DNA of 62,528 nt, counting the filler, from Collodictyon triciliatum (lineage: Eukaryota), in assembly GCA_043381765.1 (NCBI GenBank). It is 5 parts of 5 records of this genome, joined end to end, with 100 filler letters (N's around TTAATTAATTAA, not from the genome) between each part and the next. Parts side by side here need not be neighbours in the genome. Positions count along the whole stretch, not along the records: positions 49,008 to 58,652 come from JBHJMP010000222.1; positions 58,753 to 62,528 come from JBHJMP010000227.1; 3 more parts are not named here. One strand, given 5' to 3'. The translations under genes and the position numbers were made by a program. The notes beneath the pieces were generated by a model, which saw only the letters and a program-made list of their open reading frames with translations, did no database searches and was not told the origin of the DNA. How positions within the stretch are numbered: position 1 is the first letter of the stretch; every line of letters starts with the position of its first letter. This document shows positions 54,577 through 62,528 of this stretch, in pieces.

Positions 54577-57500
54577 AATAAAGGAACAGAAGCAAAAAAA
54601 CTGAAGGATGCACAATTTTTGGAAGAGACAGAGTCTATCGATAAATTCTCAGACAGTCAGTATTTTAATTTGTATTTTTTTTTTCCATCATACATATGGT
54701 TATATTAACCAATAATGAAATGTTATCAATTTAATTAATTTGACCGGGTTGGTAAATAGCGAGTTCTTCTGGGCCGCCAACTCCTCGAAGAATGTCGATT
54801 CCATCGCCTTTCCCAACTACGTATAACGAGCACTCATTCCTCGCAAAGGCATATAAATTACTCAATTGCTTAATTGCAAAGAGTATGGCCGCTAATCCCA
54901 AGGCCATGTCAGTTCTTGAATGTGCACTGGAGGTACTTTATTTCCCCTTTTTCATGGGTTTATGAGAATTATATATTTTTGCTAAATTTTATATGTCCAA
55001 GAAAAAGGGAAGTTTTTAATATGCATAACATATAGGCATCCCCAAATAATTGTGCTCGTGACTATATTCAAACGTATCAGAGTCGCGTACTTCGAGATTT
55101 AATGATTACAATAGAAGAGACGTTATCAAGCTCCAGTCTGAATAGTGAGATGAGTCGGACATTCGGTAACATTGTGCTAATCATACAGTGTTGTTTATTT
55201 CGAATAGGAACGTACAAAAATTGATATTTCACTGGATGATCATTCATATGAAATCATCTAAATTTAAAAATTAATTATATCAGTTTCGAATACAGCGAAG
55301 GCTACATTGCTTCTTGTGGATAAATTCGTACAGGGAGTCGCTATATTGGATCTAGATGTTGTTCTAAAATTTGTAGTTTATGTTGTCAAAGTTGTAGAGA
55401 ATGATGGCACAATTCGTATCCTTGAAGCTATTAGCTGATGTATGCATATGTGTTGACTTGAATTATGCACATGTTGAAATAATATAAAAATGTCCCGTTA
55501 TTTTTTTTGAAAATAATAATGTCGTATCCAGCATTTTATTTTGTGTAGATGCTTACAACCTTCTATTAAATCTGAGCAGACTATTAATTTATCCTTAACT
55601 GACGGGAAAAAAAAAAAAAGAGCGGTCATCCTTCCCTCCAGCCTTCAAGGCCGATCCTAATTTAACAATTGCAATCAAATCACTAAATAGATTGGTACTC
55701 AATCGACTTTATGATATTTCCTTAACAGCTGAAAATGAGGCAAAAATTTTTTTGAAGGTAAGGATATACGGTTCACTAAAGTTATGATAATTGTTAGACT
55801 TTTAGAGGTATATAATTTTGACGGTTTTGTACCTTATCCTAGTAGATTTCTTTCTTACATGAAGATCATTTATGAATAATAGAAACTTGAGCCACATTCA
55901 AGAATCATTTTCGGAACAAACAACACAGACCCAGAATTTTACCTGTGTGTATGCTCAACTTTGATTCGCTTGTGGAAGGACGCTACACCTGATTTGCAAT
56001 CAGCGATAAATCATGTTTGGATATATGGGATACATGTTTTAAAATAAATCATATTTTGACATATTGCATGCGAGCTGTGCAATTTATTTATGTGAAACTA
56101 TTGCTAATATTTCAATAATAAATAAACCCTAGTTCTTTAAAGAAATATTAAAGTACAAAAAGCCTGCCATCATGTCCCTATTTTCTAGGAGCTCATCGTA
56201 TATTCTTTATTCAATGTATAAAGGATATAGTATCAATAGTCTCATATTTGTATCATGCATAGGAGAAACGAACAACAAAATGTCTTTGTTACTGCACTTC
56301 ACTTTATAGAGAAGGATGTATACATTATCTCACTTGAAATTTGAGCAGTATTACATGTCCTGCAGTGTGTTAAATTATGTTGCTAGCTTTTTGTTTTATT
56401 TTTGATTAAGCGTCAATTCTTTATCTCAGATGGCAGATGACTTTATGAGATGGTGTCACGAAACAAACGAACACGTGAAAGCTGCCCTGGATGAATGCAT
56501 GACCAAACCGAGCAAAAGTGCGAAAGACAGAGAGAAGAAATATCAGTCTGACTCCCAAGAGCAATTCAGGAGCAAGAAAGAAACCAAAAATGCCGTATTA
56601 ATCTGATTTGAAACTCTTTACTCTTATTTTGTGGTTTTATGATGCAGATTAATGGATATTCATATTTATCCATTGTATCTTTCTTTTTCTCTTTATTTAA
56701 TTCAAGGGACTTATCCATAGTAACATACATTAGAGGCTGGATAAGAAACAAAGGGCAGAGGCAAAAGTGGGAAGTCTTCAGAAAAGAGAGAGATCTGCCC
56801 TTATCACTAACGTCCAAGTAATCTAATTTATTTTATTTTATTTTTGCGTCGAGAGGGAGAGGAGGCTCACTCTTTAATCAACTAAACATTTTTCAAAACC
56901 CAAGAATCAAGAGGCTATGAAGGCGAAAAAGAAGAAACTCGATATCCGAGACAGTGACTCTTTTGCTGCAACGGCTTGGGAGAAGGTTTAGGATTTGTAC
57001 TTGTATTTTTTTTTTTCAATACTTAAGCTTTGAGTGACTCACATTTAACAATTTGTTATAAAGCTACGAAACAACCTTATTCGCGACCGAGCTGTGTGGG
57101 GTAACGTAGATTCGTCTCATAGCTCAATCTGGGTCCTTGACTCTGCCGAAGGTACTCAGTTTTTCTATTGTGCACCGAAATCGCTTGGTTCCTTTCATTT
57201 TTTTTACCTGGGTCTGAAAGTCAATTCATGTGTTACTTGAAATATATCAAACTGTTATTTTGCTCCTACATTTTGTTTGTGCGTTTATTTATATGTGTAT
57301 TTTGATTTTGATTTTGATTTTGATTTTGATTTTGATTTTGATTTTGATTTTGATTTTGATTTTGATTTTGATTTTGATTTTGATTTTGATTTTGATTTTG
57401 ATTTTGATTTTGATTTTGATTTGATTTTGATTTTAATCTATCTAAAAAAAAAAAAAAAGGACCCTCGAGGATACGGAAGAAACTTATACCAACTACTGGG

Positions 57501-58522
57501 GATGATATCTCCTCCTCCAATAAATTCGTGCGTCCGGATGTTTGTATTTTGATTGCATATTTGTTGAAACTATTTCAATAGAATTTTAATTTTAATTTCA
57601 CATAATATTTGGTTGGCCTAATTAGAAGTCCTCCGATCAAGAGAATGAGAGAAGTAATCTATTGGTTTTAAATTATTTTCTATCATGAACAGTTGCCTCA
57701 CAATCACAAATTCTGACTCATGAAGATATGTTATTTATTTGCCAATAGTATAATTTTGATGTCCCAACCTATCTGATAAGATTTTGCTGTTGCTTGTAGA
57801 ATCTACCATAGTCCAAATGTCTAATTTTTCGTTAGAAAATGAGGAATACTCTATTATTGATCGCAGTGAGTAGATCTCAATTTTCTGTTTTATTTGTGTA
57901 TGAACAAACTTATGTGTATTCACTCAGCAAATAGTGGAAATTAAACTTGTATTGCTTAAATCATATCCAGCTCTTCTAAACGAACCATCGAGTGATATAA
58001 CTACAGAGGATGAAGATGGGTTCTTCCCCGATAGTAAATATCATAACCAATATGCTATTATCATCTTTTTAGACCTTTATTTTATATCTTTTAAAAAAAA
58101 ATATGACATAGTAACTGCTGAATATACTATACGGTATCCCTTATTAGGTCCAACTGGGGTAACAGACGACGGGGATTTGGATGAAGAGCCTCCCAATGAG
58201 AATGATGACGAGGAAAATATTGAAGAATCCGGAGTGTGGAGGATGATAGAAAGTGGTGATTCAATACTCGTAAAATACAATTGTGAGCGGGTTTCTATGA
58301 TGGACACATGTCGTGAGTTAGAAGTTGCCTAATATCCCAAATAAATTTACCAATCAAGATGTATTAGATGAAACGATTTTAATCTAGAATGAAAATTTAC
58401 TGGAAACCTCTCGTAAATTATTTATAGGCGGTATACTAGTGCTAGGGGATAGGAATATCTACTTTGTTGAGAACTATCAAATTTTACAGGGTGGCGATAT
58501 CGCAGAAGTTGCCGTAGAAACG
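49207..58522 (+). CDS. BEACH-family protein (LvsA/WDFY3/Bph1-like), internal fragment: ConA-like domain, helical repeats and start of the PH domain
   Basis: WPPKNGYTFSFW, WYHVTFVH, LFVDG, VGGI, LNFDIW, RAVWG..WVLDSAEGPSRIRKKL, YNCERV..GILVLGDRNIYFVENY. About 36 in-phase exons. The BEACH domain itself lies beyond the scaffold end. Confidence 0.88.
51909..52024 (+). other. U12-type GT-AG intron
   Basis: Donor GTATCCTTG, branch-like AATCTTGAC at 52002-52010, phase 1. Splicing gives RIRKLHIVELLL. Confidence 0.75.
55416..55620 (+). other. U12-type GT-AG intron
   Basis: Donor GTATCCTTG, consensus branch site TTTATCCTTAAC at 55588-55599, no pyrimidine tract (A run) before the AG, phase 1. Confidence 0.88.
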
Positions 58523-58561
58523 GTGCGAGATTTTCAAAATTTAATGGACCCATATTATGCT

Positions 58562-58652
<91 letters not shown>

Positions 58653-59008
58653 NNNNNNNNNNNNNNNNNNNNNNNNNNNNNNNNNNNNNNNNNNNNTTAA
58701 TTAATTAANNNNNNNNNNNNNNNNNNNNNNNNNNNNNNNNNNNNNNNNNNNNTTGTTGTTTTTTGTTGTTGTTTTTTGTTGTTGTTTTGTTGTTGTTTTT
58801 GTTGTTGTTTTTTGTTGTTGTTTTTGTTGTTGTTTTTGTTGTTGTTTTGTTGTTGTTTTGTTGTTGTTTTGTTGTTGTTTTGTTGTTGTTGTTTTTGTTT
58901 TTGTTTTTGTTTTTGTTGTTGTTGTTGTTTTTTGTTGTTGTTGTTTTGTTTATCTAACTGATGGTGTGATGGATGCTTTGAGTATACAAATGTTCTTATT
59001 TCAATTAC

Positions 59009-61096
59009 CTTAGTCAGCAATGTTACCACTCGAGCCTGTGCTTGCGACAATTGCAGTGTTTGATCCACAATACTGATCAAAAGGGCTGTGGTAATCACAC
59101 CAAAAACGCTGCCTAATCCCAGAAACCCAGCAACCCAGAAACCCAGAAGAAGAAAAGTATAAAAACGTTCCATGGAGTGAGTTGTTGCGAGGCAAGGACA
59201 ACAGAGTTTGATATCATGGTATGAGGTTCATATCATTAACAAGTAGAGCGGAAAGCGCCACTTACCAATCATCACAAAAGTTCGGGCACAATAGGTTCGG
59301 GCAATCACGTCCCCGTAACCGATTGTGGCAATAGTCACAAACATGAACCAAATAGACTCCAGATAGTTTTCTTGTGCGGTGTCTGGAACAACACGCTCGC
59401 AAATGTGGACAGCATAGGCTGAAACAAAGAGATTGATAAACAGCGCAGACATCAGGAACGTATACGGCCTCTTGTGCAATATTGTCTTCAGTGCGAATGA
59501 TGGGTTAATCTCCACTTTGTTTAATGTCCCGATCACTTGAGCTGTTCTTTGGTGCAGCCCACTGACATATTTTAACATGCGCGCTTTTGTCCGGAATGGG
59601 TAAAAATAATAATAATAATTGATGAGTATATTCATGAATGTGTTATTATGCGTGTATTGATTGATTGTGTAATCTTTTCATATTTAACTCAATCATGTCG
59701 AAGAATTTTACCCAACATATAGAGCCGAGATAACATCATCAACCCAAATATGGTATCAAAGGTGTATTCCAGCTCCCGACCAGTCACTTTGATAAATAAA
59801 TTAAAAAAAAAAAAAAGGGGGGGGGGGGGGGNNNNNNNNNNNNNNNNNNNNNNNNNNNNNNNNNNNNNNNNNNNNNNNNNNNNNNNNNNNNNNNNNNNNN
59901 NNNNNNNNNNNNNNNNNNNNNNNNNNNNNNNTATTATCATTATTATTATCAGTATTATTATCAGTATTATTATCAGTATTATTATCAGTATTATTATCAG
60001 TATTATTATCAGTATTATTATCAGTATTATTATCAGTATTATTATCAGTATCATCAATTATAATCATTTTTAATTGTTTTTTGTTGTTGTTTTGGGGGGA
60101 TAGTAACATGTCGAAACTGAACGAATCTATTCATAGTATATAATTGAAAATTTACCAGCAATTATTGTGCTGAGTGATATCATCGACTTCAATACTGTTG
60201 TAGTTGCATCCCATTTATTGTCGTTTGCATGTAAAACCTCATTCTGTGGGACAAAATTTTTCAGAATGAATTCAAGAGGATCAATTAAAATAAGCTATCA
60301 TGCGAATCATCTGATTCTACGATATAATATGTGGATTGTAAATCTAGGACAGTTCAATTGGGGAAAAAATGAGGAGGGAAAGTGATAATAAAACAAAGAT
60401 ATCAGAAACAAAGACGAACCTCTACAACCATGAATAGTATACCGACCATCGATGTTGTGAACATGATAGTCAATATGCGTTGAATTTCTTCATTGATGGC
60501 ACTCGCTTGCCAATATGTTTGTTCAATATCATCATTCTTTTTTCTGTTGAGAATTACGGTTTTGTTATGGTTATAATTAATAAATAACGAAATAAAAATT
60601 TCAATTTGCCGATTTGCTGATATAATGAATATTACAGATTATTTTACACAGCCATACTTTGAGCCAGAAAATTGTATGAAAGGGTATATACCCGACTTCT
60701 CTTGCCATTGTGATGACTTCTGAAGCTACAATAGCCAAAGAAGCGCGAGCATTTTGTAAATGAGAACTAATTGCATCATAAAAGACATTAACTCGATGAA
60801 TATGGTTTCTATTCGTGAAATAAGACCCCTCCCCCTGAAGAGTGGGCAATTACTCGATATTGATGTGAGAACTTCAGGCAAACCCGAGTGCAAAACTCAT
60901 GCGCATATTTTCCCGGGTGGACAAGAGCGGTGGCTGTGAAGGTGATTGGGACCGAGGCTCGGGTGGGTGAGTAAGCCCATGATTATCGGATGCCACTGAT
61001 ATTAATAGGATTTGAATCTCAAGGTATGTTAAGACAGTTCACTGTCATAAGTATAACAATTCGTCAAATATATTTGGCGGAAAAAAATTGCACTTA

Positions 61097-61182
<86 letters not shown>

Positions 61183-61528
61183 CTCATAGTTAGAGATACC
61201 TGTAAAAGGCTATGAGTCACAAATATATATATATATATATATATAAAGATAACATACGTAATTGAGCGAGCAAACGGAAGAATTTATTTCAAAAAGACAT
61301 AAACAAACCATCGACAGGATTAATCGAATCATGGTAGAATATTCAAGAGATATGTTGAAGCTGTAGGGCAAACGAATAATGATTGGCGGTACCTGTGATG
61401 AGGTTCGGTTGGGAGACAGACCGCATTTCATGAGAATTTGGCTCCAGCTGAGACGCTCGAGCTGGACTGGTAAAGAGTGTGGGGGAACTCTGGTTGACCT
61501 CACGAGAGAACGACGGGAATTTGCTCAT
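59009..61528 (-). CDS. Small-conductance Ca2+-activated K+ channel (SK/KCNN-like), 3' truncated; the S3-region exon is probably in the N gap
   Basis: S1 MVGILFMVVENE, S2 LKSMISLSTII, S4 MMLSRLYMLARML, linker IGTLNKVEINPSFALKTI, pore TIATIGYGDVIARTYCAR, S6 GVITTALLISIV..LQLSQAQARV. These parallel KCNN motifs. Confidence 0.88.
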
Positions 61529-62392
61529 ATCAAAATGGTCCAGATGTTCCTCTCCGAGATGGCTCGTCTCTCTGACAGAGTCTGCCCAGCATCCGAAGAC
61601 ACGGCCGAGTCAAGAACATGAATGGAAAAAAAAAAACAAGATAAATAAAGAAAATACAACGTCAAGAAAAGGGGCGTAGTCACAGGATTTGTATATGTTA
61701 AAATATGTAGAAGGCGCATTTGTATTGTTGGGAGCCAGATTAACTAAATTATGGAATTGTATTTCGACTCGAAGGACAGGCGTTGCGTGGAAATATGGGT
61801 ATGAATATAGGATAACAGACTGATTGATGTTTACGAAGTTGAGTAAAAAAAAAAAAATAATAATTTCAGATATTTATTGTAACATATTGATAATGTATTT
61901 ACCCATGACAGCAGTACGGCTTATGAGAGATAGAAGGAAAAGAAAGAAGGAAAAGAAAGAAAACTAGCGATATCAAGCAATAAGTGAAAATGATGATCAG
62001 TTGGTTTTTACGCATGGGTAGAGTTAAGACCTGTGTGTTCATTCATTCGTTGATCCGTCCCGCAACTACTGAAGCGATCGATGAGCTACGAGGCTGCTTC
62101 TGAAAAGAGTCATCGTGAATTCAATCATTAGTGCCGCAAAAGAAGCAAAGCAAGGGAAGCAGAGAAAGCCGGCTGGAGAGGTTTAAAAAAGGTGTCATTA
62201 TAATATATATTAAAATAACAAGATATTAAGAGGAACAAAATAGCGTGCAGTATGAGACGAAAAAGGCCCCTAGGAAATTAAAAAAAAAAACAGAATATAG
62301 GCTCCGATTGTAAGAGCTAGCTTCATGGCTGTTGAGAAGTATTGTTATGTTGGAATAGATAAGTGTAGTTATTGGTTTCTTTCTTTTTTTTT

Positions 62393-62528
62393 CTTTTGGT
62401 TTTTTGGTTATTTCTTGGTTTTTTGGTTTTTTGGTTTTTTGGTTTTTTGGTTTTTTGGTTTTTTGGTTTTTTGGTTTTTTGGTTTTTTGGTTTTTTGGTT
62501 TTTTGGTTTTTTGGTTTTTTGGTTTTTT
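62393..62528. repeat. (TTTTTTGG)n microsatellite at scaffold end. Many others occur, e.g. (GTAT)n 7535-7628, (GTATGT)n 17070-17170, (GATAAT)n 27082-27395, (AAAACACAC)n 36720-36883, (CTT)n 37658-37763, (AAAC)n 44222-44330, (GATTTT)n 57300-57430
   Basis: Tandem units read directly; most are intronic or adjacent to assembly gaps. Confidence 0.95.

Noticed and set aside
61181-61218. 9-bp inverted repeat around a possible 16-nt microexon in SK intron 1
   Set aside because: Inclusion causes a frameshift and stop, the flanking exons join in phase without it, and the stem is short enough to be chance.
62393-62528. (T6G2)n as a telomere
   Set aside because: Orientation is compatible, but every scaffold end here is a different microsatellite and the unit is not a telomere repeat I recognise.

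Overview
Eukaryotic, AT-rich, very intron-dense DNA, probably from a protist or a basal opisthokont/amoebozoan-like lineage (taxonomy not resolvable here). The window is an artificial concatenation of five scaffolds (about 1-22705, 22806-36883, 36984-48907, 49008-58652, 58753-62528) joined by N-TTAATTAATTAA-N spacers, and most gaps sit in microsatellites. Hand splicing recovers about 14 genes or fragments: class I DAHP synthase, a UBA-ankyrin-TKL kinase, a partial PMCA Ca-ATPase, NST1, a probable mitoribosomal L51/S25-domain protein, a Kelch C-terminus, a WAC-DDT-WHIM ISWI partner, a HAD hydrolase, a DJ-1/PfpI protein, a coiled-coil/TPR/ankyrin protein, a stand-alone LolD/AbcH-type ABC ATPase, a LvsA/WDFY3-like BEACH-family fragment, an SK-type K+ channel and one orphan exon. 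The most notable signals concern splicing: three phase-1 U12-type (minor spliceosome) introns among roughly 140 hand-counted introns, several frame-verified acceptors that have a poly(A) run instead of a polypyrimidine tract, and one GC-AG intron. There is also a putative non-LTR retrotransposon family with a 5'-truncated copy flanked by a perfect 17-bp target-site duplication. All protein calls rest on motif recognition; no database searches were run.
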